This document shows positions 21,868-32,121 of a DNA stretch of 64,000 nucleotides, in pieces. The stretch spans positions 12,104 to 76,103 of the forward strand of contig JAWKVW010000004.1 of the NCBI GenBank assembly GCA_041397845.1. The letters are read 5' to 3'. Made by a program: the position numbers and the translations under genes. Every line of letters starts with the position of its first letter. Within the stretch, counting starts at the first letter, position 1. Source of the DNA: Hyphomicrobiales bacterium. GTDB lineage: Bacteria; Pseudomonadota; Alphaproteobacteria; Rhizobiales; JAKPQE01. Under the pieces are notes generated by a model, which was given only the letters and a program-made list of their open reading frames with translations, was not told the origin of the DNA and made no database searches.

Positions 21868-21925
21868 GACGTCTCCCAAGTGGATATCCGAGGGGAATGA
21901 TGGGCGAGCAAGGGGCGCACGGCAA

Positions 21926-22771
21926 GTGCTGCGCGGGCTGATTTCCGTTGCCGCCGGCCTCGTTGCCGCCTGCCACCTCGCGATGTCGCCAGCCGAGGCG
22001 GCGCCGGCCTTCAGCCGCATCGTCTCGCTCAATGCCTGCGCCGACCAGTTTCTCATCGCGCTTGGCCTTGCCGACCGGATCGCCGCACTCGGGCCGCTCG
22101 CCACCGATCCGGTGTTTTCCTATTACGCGAAAGAGGCGGCAGCGCTGCCGGTCACGGACGGCAGCGCCGAGTCGGTCCTCGTCCTGAAGCCCGACCTCGT
22201 GCTTGCCGGACCGTTTTCCGGAACGCTTGCCAAGAACGTCCTTCGCCGCGAGGGCATCCACATCGAGGAAGTGGCGATCCCGCAAACGATCGCCGAAGCA
22301 CGCCAGCAGATCCTCGACGTAGCCGACCTGCTCGGCGTTGCCGAACGCGGCCGGGTTCTCGCTGCCGAATTCGATGCAGCGCTGGCGAAGGTGCCGGCGG
22401 CCGGCACGCGGCCCAGTGCGCTTTACCTGCAACGGCGCCTGTTCGTCACCGGCACGGGGACGCTCGTCGACGAGCTTCTCGACCGGGCCGGGTTCGCAAA
22501 CGCGCTCGAGGCAGCCGGGCTCAGCGGCATCACCCGGGTCGACCTGGAGCGGCTTGCCGGCATCCCGGCCGATGTTCTCGTTCTCAACGGGCCGGCGACG
22601 GACGCCGGCGACCAGGGCGCAGCCGTGCTGCAGCACCCGCTGATCGAGCGGCTGTTTCCGGCCGAGCGCCGGGTGATGCTGCCGCTTGCCACATTCGTCT
22701 GCGGCGGGCCGCCGCTGATCGAGGCGATCGCGACGCTCAGCGCGGCGCGGCAGCGCCTCGAGGCAAGATGA
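21926..22771 (+). CDS. Periplasmic binding protein, Fe-siderophore/cobalamin class (orphan, no adjacent permease or ATPase)
   Basis: Signal-like VLRGLISVAAGLVAACHLAMSPAEA, RIVSLNACADQFLIALGLADRI, VLKPDLVLAG. Start ambiguous: GTG 21926 is preferred because ATG 21866 would overlap the divergent FAH start. Confidence 0.65.
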   Translation: MLRGLISVAAGLVAACHLAMSPAEAAPAFSRIVSLNACADQFLIALGLADRIAALGPLATDPVFSYYAKEAAALPVTDGSAESVLVLKPDLVLAGPFSGTLAKNVLRREGIHIEEVAIPQTIAEARQQILDVADLLGVAERGRVLAAEFDAALAKVPAAGTRPSALYLQRRLFVTGTGTLVDELLDRAGFANALEAAGLSGITRVDLERLAGIPADVLVLNGPATDAGDQGAAVLQHPLIERLFPAERRVMLPLATFVCGGPPLIEAIATLSAARQRLEAR

Positions 22772-22775
22772 GGGA

Positions 22776-23495
22776 ATGGCGATGACAAGCAATCCTGCGG
22801 GATCGAACAACCCGGCATCGGGCAGCACGACGCCGGAGCGGGCCTATCTGTCGTGGAGCTCGGGCAAGGACGCGGCGTTCTCGCTGTTCGAGGCACGCCG
22901 GCTCGGCCTTGCGGTGATCGTCGGCCTTCTCACCAGCGTCAACGAGGTCGCCGAGCGCGTCGCCATGCACGGCGTGCGCCGCCGGCTGCTCGAATTGCAG
23001 GCCGAGGCGGCGGGGCTGCCGCTTCTCGAGGTGCCGCTGCCCTATCCGTGTACCAACGACATCTACGAGGCGCGCATGCGGGCGGCGAGCACAAAGATCC
23101 GTGACGAGGGCGTCGAGCGGATGGTGTTCGGCGACCTCTTCCTCGAAGACGTTCGCGCCTATCGCGAGGAGCGCCTCGCGGCCGCCGGCATGCAGGGCAT
23201 TTTCCCGCTCTGGGGCCGAAAGACCGACGCGCTGGCGCGCGAGATGATCGACGCCGGTCTTGTCGCCTATCTCGCAACGGTCGATCCGCGCCGGCTCGAC
23301 AGGCGGTTCGCCGGGCGGCGGTTCGATGCGGCGCTCCTTGCCGAACTGCCGGGCGACGTCGACCCTTGCGGGGAGAACGGCGAGTTTCACACCGTCGTCA
23401 CGGCCGGGCCAATGTTCAGCCATCCGATCGATGTCGAGGTCGGCGAAATCGTCGAGCGCGACGGCTTCGTCTATGCCGACATCATCCCGGTCTGA
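22776..23495 (+). CDS. Dph6-related / MJ0570-type ATP pyrophosphatase (adenine nucleotide alpha-hydrolase superfamily)
   Basis: AYLSWSSGKDAAFSL PP-loop-like N-terminus and GENGEFHTVVTAGPMF C-terminal signature. Starts 4 nt after the upstream gene. Confidence 0.7.
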   Translation: MAMTSNPAGSNNPASGSTTPERAYLSWSSGKDAAFSLFEARRLGLAVIVGLLTSVNEVAERVAMHGVRRRLLELQAEAAGLPLLEVPLPYPCTNDIYEARMRAASTKIRDEGVERMVFGDLFLEDVRAYREERLAAAGMQGIFPLWGRKTDALAREMIDAGLVAYLATVDPRRLDRRFAGRRFDAALLAELPGDVDPCGENGEFHTVVTAGPMFSHPIDVEVGEIVERDGFVYADIIPV

Positions 23496-23513
23496 GCCGG
23501 GCTTCCGCCACCG

Positions 23514-24293
23514 TCAGAAAGCGCTCGTATAGAGACCGCCGTCGACCGGGATGTTCTGGCCGGTGAGATAGCCGGCATGGACCGAGCAGAGGAAGGCGCA
23601 GAGATTGCCGAACTCGGCCGGCGTGCCAAGACGGCCGGCGGGAATGACCTTCAACTGATCCGCCTCGACATCGGCGAGCGGCCGGCCGGCGCGCTCGGCC
23701 ATCCATTTCATGCCGGCACGCTGGCGGTCGGTGTCGATCTTGCCCGGCAGGAGGTTGTTGATCGTGACATTGCGGCCGGCAACGCCGCGGGCGACGCCGG
23801 CCAGAAACGCGGTCAGGCCGGCGCGGGCGCCGCTCGACAGGTCGAGCCCCGGGATCGGCATCAGCACCGACAGCGAGGTGACGTTGACGATGCGGCCGAA
23901 GCCGCGCCCGGCCATGCCGTCGATCACCGCCTGGATGAGCTCGATCGGCGTCACCATGTTCTGCGTCACGCCGGCCAGCATCGCCTCGCGGTCGAGCGTG
24001 CGGAAATCGCGGAACGGCGGGCCGGCATTGTTGTTGACGAGGATATCGGGCGCCGGACAGGCGGCGAGCAGCGCCTTCTGGCCCTCGGCGGTCGAAACGT
24101 CGGCGGCGACGGGAATGACGGTGGCGCCGGTCGTCGCCGCTATCTCCCTCGCGACGCCCTCGACGCGGGCGGCATCAATGCCGTTGACGACGACCTCGCA
24201 GCCGGCCTCGGCGAGCGCCTCGGCGCAGCCCCGGCCGATGCCCCTGCTCGAGGCGCAGACGATGGCCTTGCGGCCGGCGATGCCAAGATCCAT
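23514..24293 (-). CDS. SDR family oxidoreductase
   Basis: Start ATG 24293 (MDLGIAGRKAIVCASSRGIGRGCAEALAEAG), NNNAGPP, C-terminal GQNIPVDGGLYTSAF. Confidence 0.8.
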   Translation of the reverse strand: MDLGIAGRKAIVCASSRGIGRGCAEALAEAGCEVVVNGIDAARVEGVAREIAATTGATVIPVAADVSTAEGQKALLAACPAPDILVNNNAGPPFRDFRTLDREAMLAGVTQNMVTPIELIQAVIDGMAGRGFGRIVNVTSLSVLMPIPGLDLSSGARAGLTAFLAGVARGVAGRNVTINNLLPGKIDTDRQRAGMKWMAERAGRPLADVEADQLKVIPAGRLGTPAEFGNLCAFLCSVHAGYLTGQNIPVDGGLYTSAF

Positions 24294-24461
24294 GGGCGGG
24301 TTCTCCTTGCGCCGTGTTTGCGTGCCTGAAACCGATGCGGCCAAGGTGCCCGATCCGGGCCGGCAACGGAAGCGGCAATGGCACGCTTGCCCACCCCTGC
24401 CGACCATGCAAAACAGAAGCGGCTGCCGGCGCCGCCGACGGCGCTCCGGACATGGTGGTTC

Positions 24462-25052
24462 ATGGATATCCTCATTTCGCTGATCGGCTTTTCACTGGCG
24501 ACCTTCATGACGCCGGGGCCGAACAACATCATGCTGCTTTCCTCCGGCGCCCGGTTCGGGTTCCAGCCGACAATTCCCCACATTCTCGGCGTCGCCCTCG
24601 GCTTTGCGGTGATGGCAACGATCGTCGGGCTCGGGCTCGCACAGGTGTTCGTCACCCATCCGGAAATCCACGACGCGGTGAAGTGGGTCGCGGCGGCCTA
24701 TCTCCTCTATCTTGCCTGGCGGATCTCCGGCGCCGGCGGGGCGCATGGCGGCGACGGCCGCGGCCGGCCGCTGACCTTCCTCGAGGCCGCCCTGTTCCAG
24801 TGGATGAACCCGAAGGGCTGGACGATCGCGCTCAGCGTCATCCCGCTCTACATGACGCGCGACGGCGACCCGTATTTCGAGATCGCCCGCATCGCGCTCG
24901 TCTTCCTCTTCGTCGGCCTTGGCTCGGCCTCGACCTGGGCGGCCTTCGGCAAGGCGATCTCGCGGCTTGTCGCCAAGCCGAGAGCGGCGCGGATCTTCAA
25001 CATCGCCATGGCGCTGCTGCTCGTTGCCTCGATCGTGCCGATCCTTTTTTGA
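24462..25052 (+). CDS. LysE/RhtB family amino-acid exporter
   Basis: MDILISLIGFSLATFMTPGPNNIMLLSSGARFG, about six TM segments. Confidence 0.85.
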   Translation: MDILISLIGFSLATFMTPGPNNIMLLSSGARFGFQPTIPHILGVALGFAVMATIVGLGLAQVFVTHPEIHDAVKWVAAAYLLYLAWRISGAGGAHGGDGRGRPLTFLEAALFQWMNPKGWTIALSVIPLYMTRDGDPYFEIARIALVFLFVGLGSASTWAAFGKAISRLVAKPRAARIFNIAMALLLVASIVPILF

Positions 25053-25141
25053 GCACTTCGCCGAGCCAACGCGTTTGCGCATTTGCGAACCGGCCGTTTC
25101 GCGGCATCATCACGGCGAATTTTCCCGTCGCGAGGCCAATC

Positions 25142-26131
25142 ATGCCGAACAGCATCCGCATTCCCGTCTTTTCCGATGTGCGCGCCGCCGCCCACCGGCT
25201 CGAGGGCAAGGCGGTCAGGACGCCGCTCCTGTCCTTTCCGGTGCTCGACGAGACGGTCGGCGGGCGGGTGCTGATCAAGGCGGAGACGCTGCAGCGCACC
25301 GGCTCGTTCAAGTTTCGCGGCGCCTATAACCGCATCGCCATGATCCCGGAGCGGGCGCGCGGCGCCGGTGTCGTTGCCTGCTCGTCCGGCAACCACGCGC
25401 AGGGCGTTGCCGAGGCGGCACGCCTGTTCGGCATCCGGGCGGCAATCGTCATGCCGAGCGACGCGCCGAAGATGAAGCGCGACCGCACTGCGGCGGCCGG
25501 CGCCGAGATCATCGAATATGACCGGGCGACCGAGAACCGCGAGGCGATCGCTGCGCGGATCGCGGCCGAGCGCGGCGCCACCTACGTCGCGCCCTATGAC
25601 GATCCCGGCGTCATCTCCGGCCAGGGCACGGTCGGCCTTGAAATCGCCGAACAGGCGACGGCGATCAGCGCCCTGCCCGAACTCGTGCTGGCGCCAACGA
25701 GCGGCGGCGGGCTCATCGCCGGCATCACGCTGGCGCTCGGCACGCTGATGCCGAAAGCGGTGGTGCGGACGGTCGAGCCGGAAGGCTTCGACGACCTCGC
25801 CCGATCGCTTGCGGCGGGCGAGCGGCAGGCGAACGAGCGGTTGTCCGGCTCGGTCTGCGACGCGCTTCTGACGCCGACGCCGGGCGAAATCACCTTTGCC
25901 ATCAACTCGACCCGACTCGGACCGGGCCTCACGGTCAGCGACGCCGAAGCGCTCGCCGCCGTCGCCTTCGCCTTTCGGGAACTGAAGCTCGTGGCCGAGC
26001 CCGGCGGCGCGGTGGCGCTTGCCGCGATCCTTGCCGGCAAGGTCGATGTTGCCGGCAAGACCGTCGTCATCGTCCTTTCCGGCGGCAATATCGACGGCGA
26101 CATGATGGCCGCCGCGCTGGCCAGCGGTTAG
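25142..26131 (+). CDS. PLP-dependent threonine/serine dehydratase family (threo-3-hydroxyaspartate ammonia-lyase / serine racemase-like)
   Basis: PLP Lys in LQRTGSFKFRGAYN, SSGNHAQGVA, PTSGGGLIAG. Start ATG 25142 lies inside the long artefactual ORF 24314..26131. Confidence 0.85.
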   Translation: MPNSIRIPVFSDVRAAAHRLEGKAVRTPLLSFPVLDETVGGRVLIKAETLQRTGSFKFRGAYNRIAMIPERARGAGVVACSSGNHAQGVAEAARLFGIRAAIVMPSDAPKMKRDRTAAAGAEIIEYDRATENREAIAARIAAERGATYVAPYDDPGVISGQGTVGLEIAEQATAISALPELVLAPTSGGGLIAGITLALGTLMPKAVVRTVEPEGFDDLARSLAAGERQANERLSGSVCDALLTPTPGEITFAINSTRLGPGLTVSDAEALAAVAFAFRELKLVAEPGGAVALAAILAGKVDVAGKTVVIVLSGGNIDGDMMAAALASG

Positions 26132-26220
26132 TTGGCCGGACCGATTTCGCCTTGGACCGGCGGCGCCGATTTGCTAAGCCCCTCTCGGCCGACGGGTGGC
26201 GCAGAAAGGCAGCAGCAGCA

Positions 26221-26799
26221 ATGACCGTTTTGATCAGCGGACTGATCCTCTTTCTCGGCGTTCATCTCGTGCCGGCATTTCCGGATTTGCGCCGGGCGCT
26301 CCACGACCGGCTCGGCGAGAGCGCCTACAAGGGGCTGTTCTCGCTCGTCTCGCTGGCCGGCCTCGTCATCCTCATCTGGGGATATGGCCTTGCCCGCGCC
26401 GAGGGCCCGGTCCTCATCTACGAGCCGCCGGCGTTCCTGCGCCACCTCGTGCATCTGCTCATGCTGATCGCGATGATCCTGCTCGTTGCCGCCTATGTGC
26501 CGGGGCGGATCAAGGCGAAGCTGCGCCATCCGATGCTGGTCGCGGTGAAAACCTGGGCGTTCGCGCATCTGCTCGTCAACGGCGATGCGGCCTCGGTGCT
26601 GCTGTTCGGCTCGTTCCTCGCCTGGGCCGTGTTCGACCGCATCTCGGTCGCCCGGCGCGAGCGGGCGGGCCAGTTGCCGGCGCAGCTCGCCGTCGGGCCG
26701 GTGCGCAACGACATCATCGCCGTCGTCGTCGGAACGGTCGTGTTCCTCGCCTTCTTCTTCAAGCTGCACCTCTGGCTGATCGGCGTTCCCGTCTACTGA
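26221..26799 (+). CDS. NnrU family membrane protein
   Basis: [48 protein letters not shown] is NnrU-like; polytopic. Confidence 0.75.
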   Translation: MTVLISGLILFLGVHLVPAFPDLRRALHDRLGESAYKGLFSLVSLAGLVILIWGYGLARAEGPVLIYEPPAFLRHLVHLLMLIAMILLVAAYVPGRIKAKLRHPMLVAVKTWAFAHLLVNGDAASVLLFGSFLAWAVFDRISVARRERAGQLPAQLAVGPVRNDIIAVVVGTVVFLAFFFKLHLWLIGVPVY

Positions 26800-26822
26800 C
26801 CAGTCCAACAGGAGGCATTGGC

Positions 26823-27644
26823 ATGTCCGTCCAATCCGATATCAAGCGCAAGACGGCCGTCGACATCCGCGCCATGAAGGGCCGCGATCCGATCGTGTCC
26901 TTGACCGCCTACCACGCCCATACGGCGCGCATCATCGACGAGCATGTCGACTTCATGCTGGTCGGCGACTCGCTCGGCATGGTCATGCACGGGCTCGAGA
27001 CGACCGTACCGGTGACGCTCGACATGATGATCCTGCAGGGCCACGCGGTGATGCGCGGCTCGAAGAAGGCGCTCGTCGTCGTCGACATGCCGTTCGGCTC
27101 CTACGAGGCGAGCCGCGAGGACGCGTTCCGCGCCGGCGCCCGGGTGATGAAGGAGACCGGCTGCGGCGCCATCAAGATGGAAGGCGGCGTGCGGATGGCC
27201 GAGACCGTGCGCTTCCTCGTCGAGCGCGGCATCCCGGTGATGGGCCATGTCGGGCTGACGCCGCAGTCGATCAACACCATGGGCGGCTTCCGCGTGCAGG
27301 GGCGCGAGGAAGCGCATTGGGCGGCGATCGAGGAAGACGCCCGGGCGATCGCCGATGCCGGCGCCTTCGCCATCGTGCTGGAAGGCATGGCCGAACCGCT
27401 CGCCGCCAAGATCACAGCGGAAATCGACGTGCCGACGATCGGCATCGGCGCCTCGCCGGCCTGCGACGGCCAGATCCTCGTGCTCGAGGACATGCTCGGC
27501 CTGTCGCCCTGGGTGCCGAAGTTCGTCAAGAAGTTCGGCGCGCTCGGCGGCATGATCGAAGCGGCCGTGCAGGACTACGCCACGGAAGTGCGCCAGCGCA
27601 GCTTCCCGGCGCCGGAACACACTTACGGAATGAAGAAGAAATAG
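26823..27644 (+). CDS. panB: 3-methyl-2-oxobutanoate hydroxymethyltransferase
   Basis: [54 protein letters not shown]. Confidence 0.93.
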   Translation: MSVQSDIKRKTAVDIRAMKGRDPIVSLTAYHAHTARIIDEHVDFMLVGDSLGMVMHGLETTVPVTLDMMILQGHAVMRGSKKALVVVDMPFGSYEASREDAFRAGARVMKETGCGAIKMEGGVRMAETVRFLVERGIPVMGHVGLTPQSINTMGGFRVQGREEAHWAAIEEDARAIADAGAFAIVLEGMAEPLAAKITAEIDVPTIGIGASPACDGQILVLEDMLGLSPWVPKFVKKFGALGGMIEAAVQDYATEVRQRSFPAPEHTYGMKKK

Positions 27645-27836
27645 CCGGCCGGCCTCAAATTGGCCACGGATCGGCGCAACAGGAACGGCGGAGCGGTTTC
27701 GCAATTCGTTAACCACACGGCCAAACCGGGCATTAACGTTGTTTGCCTATGCCCGGGAAAGACGGTATTTTTCTAAGGATGCCGCCCGGGCCGGGGCAAA
27801 CGTGTCGCGTATCCGACCCGCGAGGGGCGAGGGTGT

Positions 27837-28517
27837 ATGTCGGACATATTCCACGAAGTCGACGAAGATCTGCGGCGCGATCGCGCCAAGGAACTGTGGG
27901 ACAAGTATGGCATTTACGTGCTGGGTCTCGCCGTGGCGATCGTCCTTGCGACGGCGGGCCTGCGCGGCTGGCAGTACTGGCAGGAGACCCGCGCCCAGGC
28001 GAGCGGTGACCGCTATCTGGCGGCGCTGCAGCTCATCGACGAAGGCAAGTTCGACGATGCGGGCAAGGCATTCGAGGCGCTGGCCGGCGATGGCTCCGGC
28101 GACTATCCGGCGCTTGCCATGTTCGGGCTTGCCGATGCCCGGCTCGATGCCGGCGACTTCGACGGCGCGGTCAAGGAATTCGACAAGATCTCGTCCGGCG
28201 CCACCGGCGATCCGATGCTGGCCGATATCGCGCGCCTGCGCGCCGCGATGATCCTCGTCGATCACGGCAGCCGCCAGGATGTCGAGGGCCGGCTTTCGGC
28301 GCTCGCCGACGGGCAGAGCCCGGTTCGCCATTCGGCGCGCGAGACGCTCGGCCTTGCCGCCTGGAAGGCCGGCGATCTCGAGGCCGCGCAGAAACACTAT
28401 TCGCAGCTACTGGGCGATCCGGCCGCGCCGGAAGTGATGCGCCAGCGGGCCGATCTGGCGCTCGCGGTGATCACGGCGCAGGGCGGGCCGACCACAACAC
28501 GACGCGACGACGACTGA
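27837..28517 (+). CDS. YfgM-like membrane-anchored TPR-like protein
   Basis: N-terminal charged segment plus a single TM (GIYVLGLAVAIVLATAGL) and a helical-repeat periplasmic domain. The yfgM-bamB-der order is conserved. Confidence 0.7.
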   Translation: MSDIFHEVDEDLRRDRAKELWDKYGIYVLGLAVAIVLATAGLRGWQYWQETRAQASGDRYLAALQLIDEGKFDDAGKAFEALAGDGSGDYPALAMFGLADARLDAGDFDGAVKEFDKISSGATGDPMLADIARLRAAMILVDHGSRQDVEGRLSALADGQSPVRHSARETLGLAAWKAGDLEAAQKHYSQLLGDPAAPEVMRQRADLALAVITAQGGPTTTRRDDD

Positions 28518-28549
28518 GCGCGCGTCAGCGTTATTCGAGGAGAACATCC

Positions 28550-29905
28550 GTGAGTGCCATCGTTCGGGGGACCAAGGTCCGCAAGATGTTCGCCATGGCC
28601 GGCGCCGCCGTGCTGCTGGCGTCGACCGCAGGCTGTTCGTCGGTCGGCGATGCCGTCGGCTCCTTCAATCCGTTCCGCGAGAAGGAAAAGATCCTCGCCG
28701 GCGAGCGCAAGGCGATCCTTGCCGCGACCGATCCGGTCGCCGACCTCGGCGGCAGCGCCAAGACGGCCTCCTATGCCGGCCTGAGCGCCTTCGGCGACTG
28801 GTCGCAGCCGGGCGGCAATGTCACCAACGATCCGGGCCATGTGTCGCTCTCGGGCGGCGCCAACTGGCGGGCCACGGCGGGCGATGCCGGCAGCGGCCGC
28901 AATCTCGCCGTCACCGCCTCGCCGCTCGTCTATGGCGGCCGGGCCTTCGTCTACGACCCGAACGGCAATGTCACGGCCGTCTCGGCCGGCAATGGCGGCC
29001 GCGTCTGGCGGACGTCGCTGAAGCCCGAGGGCGAGCGCGAAGCGGTTCCGGGCGGCGGCATCGCGGCGGCCGACGGACGCATCTTCGCGGCGACCGGCTA
29101 TCGCCAGGTGGTTGCGCTCGACGCAGGCAGCGGCGCGCAGGCCTGGGCCAAGGATCTCGACGATCCGGCGCGCGGCGCCCCGACCGTTGCCGGCGGCAAG
29201 GTCTATGTCGTCACCGCCACGCAGGTTCTCTACGCCCTTTCGGCGGCGGACGGCTCGGAGCTGTGGAGCTATCGCGGCATCCCGGAGACGGCGGGCCTGC
29301 TCTCCAATGCCAGCCCGGCGGTCGCGGCCAATACCGTGGTCGTGCCCTACTCTTCCGGCGAAATCGTCGCGTTCGACGCCACCACCGGCAAGATGAAATG
29401 GATCGACACCGTGGTGCGCGGGGCGCGCACGAGCGCCATCGCGGCGCTCAACGATGTCGCGGCCCGGCCGGTCATTCATGACGGCATCGTCTATGCCACC
29501 GGCATTTCCGGCCGCATGGTCGCGGTCAAGCTGGCCAATGGCGAACGCCTCTGGGAGACCAACATCGGCAGCGCCTCGACGCCGATCGTTTCCGGCGAAT
29601 CGATCTTCGTCGTCGACATGAGCGAGCGCGTGCTGGCCGTGTCGCGGCGCAATGGCGATCTCCTCTGGGCGACGCAGTTGCCGGTCGGCGAGAAGAAGAA
29701 GCGCGAGAAGTGGTCCGGCCCGAGCCTTGCCGGCGGATCGCTGTGGGTTGCCTCGAGCAAGGGCAACCTCTATGCCCTCAATCCGGCGACCGGCCAGATC
29801 ACCGGCACCCGGGCGATGAGCGCGCCGGTCTACACCAGCCCGATTGCGGCGTCCGGCTCGCTGTTCGTCCTTTCCGGCAACGGCACGCTCAACGCCACCA
29901 ACTGA
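28550..29905 (+). CDS. bamB: Outer membrane protein assembly factor BamB (PQQ-like beta-propeller lipoprotein)
   Basis: GTG start preceded by gaggag, lipobox LLASTAGC, repeated WxxxL/G..VA.D...G propeller blades. Confidence 0.85.
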   Translation: MSAIVRGTKVRKMFAMAGAAVLLASTAGCSSVGDAVGSFNPFREKEKILAGERKAILAATDPVADLGGSAKTASYAGLSAFGDWSQPGGNVTNDPGHVSLSGGANWRATAGDAGSGRNLAVTASPLVYGGRAFVYDPNGNVTAVSAGNGGRVWRTSLKPEGEREAVPGGGIAAADGRIFAATGYRQVVALDAGSGAQAWAKDLDDPARGAPTVAGGKVYVVTATQVLYALSAADGSELWSYRGIPETAGLLSNASPAVAANTVVVPYSSGEIVAFDATTGKMKWIDTVVRGARTSAIAALNDVAARPVIHDGIVYATGISGRMVAVKLANGERLWETNIGSASTPIVSGESIFVVDMSERVLAVSRRNGDLLWATQLPVGEKKKREKWSGPSLAGGSLWVASSKGNLYALNPATGQITGTRAMSAPVYTSPIAASGSLFVLSGNGTLNATN

Positions 29906-29927
29906 CGCCGACAGGAACAGCCGTCCG

Positions 29928-31286
29928 ATGAGCTTTACCGTCGCTATCGTCGGACGGCCCAATGTGGGCAAATCGACGCTGTTCAACAGGCTTGTCGGCA
30001 AGCGCCTGGCGCTTGTCGACGACACGCCCGGCGTGACGCGCGACCGGCGCGAGGGCGAGGCGCGGCTCGGCCCCCTCTCCTTCCGGATCGTCGATACCGC
30101 CGGCCTTGAAGAGGCCGACGAGGAAAGCCTCACCGGCCGCATGCGCGGCCAGACCGAGGCGGCCATCGCCGACGCCGATCTGACGCTCTTCCTCATCGAT
30201 GCCCGGGCCGGCGTGACGCCGGTCGACGCGCATTTCGGCGAGTTCCTGCGCCGGGCCGACAAGCGCGTGCTGCTCGTTGCCAACAAGGCCGAGGGCCGGC
30301 CGGGCGAAGCGGGCTATTACGACGCCTTCTCGCTCGGCTTCGGCGAACCGGTCGCCATTTCGGCCGAGCACGGCGAGGGCCTTGCCGACCTCGCGATCGC
30401 CATCGAACAGGCGATGATCGAGGCCGGTTTCGACGAGGACGAGGAGGCGGAAGCCGCAGACGGCGATCGTCCGGTGTCGATCGCAATCGTCGGCCGGCCG
30501 AACGCGGGCAAGTCGACGCTGGTCAACCGCCTCATCGGCGAGGAACGGCTGCTGACGGGTCCGGAGGCGGGCATCACCCGCGATTCGATCACGGTCGACT
30601 GGAGCTGGCGCGGCAAGCGCGTGCGCCTCGTCGACACGGCCGGCATGCGCAAGAAGGCGCGCGTCCAGGAAAAACTCGAGAAGCTGTCCGTCGCCGATGC
30701 GCTCCGGTCGATCCGGTTTGCCGAAGTCGTCATCCTGACGCTCGACGCCTCGATCCCGTTCGAAAAGCAGGACCTGCAGATCGCCGACCTCGTCGAGAAG
30801 GAAGGCCGGGCGATCGTCGTCGCGCTCGACAAGTGGGACCTCATCGAGGACCGCGGCGAGACGCTTAAAGTATTACGGGAAGAAGCCGAACGTCTCTTGC
30901 CTCAGTTGCGCGGCCTCGCTATCGTTCCGGTCTCGGGGCTGACGGGGGAAGGGCTCGACAAGCTGATGGCGGCGGTGTTCTCGACCCACGAGGTCTGGAA
31001 CCGGCGCATTCCGACGGCGAAACTCAATCGCTGGCTGGAATCGGTCATCGAGCATCATCCACCACCGGCGGTCTCGGGGCGGCGACTGAAGCTGCGCTAC
31101 ATGACGCAGGCCAAGTCCCGGCCACCGACGTTCGTCGTGTTCTGCTCGCGTCCCGACGCGCTGCCGGACGCCTACCGTCGTTATATCGTCAACGGGCTGC
31201 GCGAGACTTTCAAGCTGCCCGGCGTGCCGCTTCGGCTGATGCTGCGGGGCGGCGAGAACCCGTATGTGAAAAAAGAGGACCGCTGA
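29928..31286 (+). CDS. der: Ribosome biogenesis GTPase Der (EngA)
   Basis: Two G domains ([14 protein letters not shown] and [14 protein letters not shown]), DTAG motifs, C-terminal KH-like domain. Confidence 0.95.
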   Translation: MSFTVAIVGRPNVGKSTLFNRLVGKRLALVDDTPGVTRDRREGEARLGPLSFRIVDTAGLEEADEESLTGRMRGQTEAAIADADLTLFLIDARAGVTPVDAHFGEFLRRADKRVLLVANKAEGRPGEAGYYDAFSLGFGEPVAISAEHGEGLADLAIAIEQAMIEAGFDEDEEAEAADGDRPVSIAIVGRPNAGKSTLVNRLIGEERLLTGPEAGITRDSITVDWSWRGKRVRLVDTAGMRKKARVQEKLEKLSVADALRSIRFAEVVILTLDASIPFEKQDLQIADLVEKEGRAIVVALDKWDLIEDRGETLKVLREEAERLLPQLRGLAIVPVSGLTGEGLDKLMAAVFSTHEVWNRRIPTAKLNRWLESVIEHHPPPAVSGRRLKLRYMTQAKSRPPTFVVFCSRPDALPDAYRRYIVNGLRETFKLPGVPLRLMLRGGENPYVKKEDR

Positions 31287-32104
31287 TGCCGGTTTCTCCC
31301 GTCATCGCAGAAGGCATGATCGCGGCATCGCTGGCCGCCGGCCGGGCGATCATGGAGATCTACGCATCGGATTTCGCCAGCCGCAGCAAGGCCGACAAGA
31401 CGCCGGTGACCGAGGCCGACGAGACGGCCGAGGCAATCATTCTCGCCGCGCTTGACCGCCTTCTGCCGGACGTTGCAGTGGTTGCCGAGGAGTCGGTCGC
31501 GGCCGGGCGGATCCCGAGCATCGGCAAGCGGTTCTTCCTCGTCGACCCGCTCGACGGCACCAAGGAATTCATCAACCGCCGCGACGAATTCACGGTCAAC
31601 ATCGCTCTCATCGAGGATGGCCGGCCGATTGCCGGCGTCGTTTACGCGCCAGCGCTCGGACGGCTGTTCGCCGGAACGGACGGCGGTGCGGTCGAATTCG
31701 CGGTCGAGAATTTCCAGCTTGCCGAGGCACGACCGATATCGGTGACGACGGCCGGCGCGACGGTTCGCGTGGTCGCCAGCCGTTCGCACCGCACGGCGGA
31801 GACCGACCGCTTCATCGAGCAATATCCGGGCGCGGAAACGGTGACGGCGGGCTCGTCGCTGAAATTCTGCCTCGTTGCCGCCGGGGCCGCCGATCTCTAC
31901 CCGCGCCTTGGCCGGACCATGGAATGGGACACCGCCGCGGGACATGCGGTGCTTGCGGCAGCGGGCGGCATCGTCGTTCGCACCGACGGCACGCCGCTCG
32001 ATTATGGCCGGGCCGTCCAGCCGGAAGATGCGCCTTTCGCCAATCCCTGGTTCATCGCGGCGAGCGATGCCCGACTTGTCGAGGCTGGCCGCGCCGTTCT
32101 CTGA
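31286..32104 (+). CDS. cysQ: 3'(2'),5'-bisphosphate nucleotidase
   Basis: ATG overlaps the der stop. Inositol-monophosphatase motifs [12 protein letters not shown] and [10 protein letters not shown]. Confidence 0.85.
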   Translation: MPVSPVIAEGMIAASLAAGRAIMEIYASDFASRSKADKTPVTEADETAEAIILAALDRLLPDVAVVAEESVAAGRIPSIGKRFFLVDPLDGTKEFINRRDEFTVNIALIEDGRPIAGVVYAPALGRLFAGTDGGAVEFAVENFQLAEARPISVTTAGATVRVVASRSHRTAETDRFIEQYPGAETVTAGSSLKFCLVAAGAADLYPRLGRTMEWDTAAGHAVLAAAGGIVVRTDGTPLDYGRAVQPEDAPFANPWFIAASDARLVEAGRAVL

Positions 32105-32121
32105 CCCCCTCCCCTTTTCCG

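Noticed and set aside
21866-21925. ATG 21866 as the start of the periplasmic binding protein.
   Set aside because: It would overlap the divergent FAH-family start codon (21865-21867) and leave no promoter space. GTG 21926, directly preceding the hydrophobic signal segment, is more plausible but unproven.
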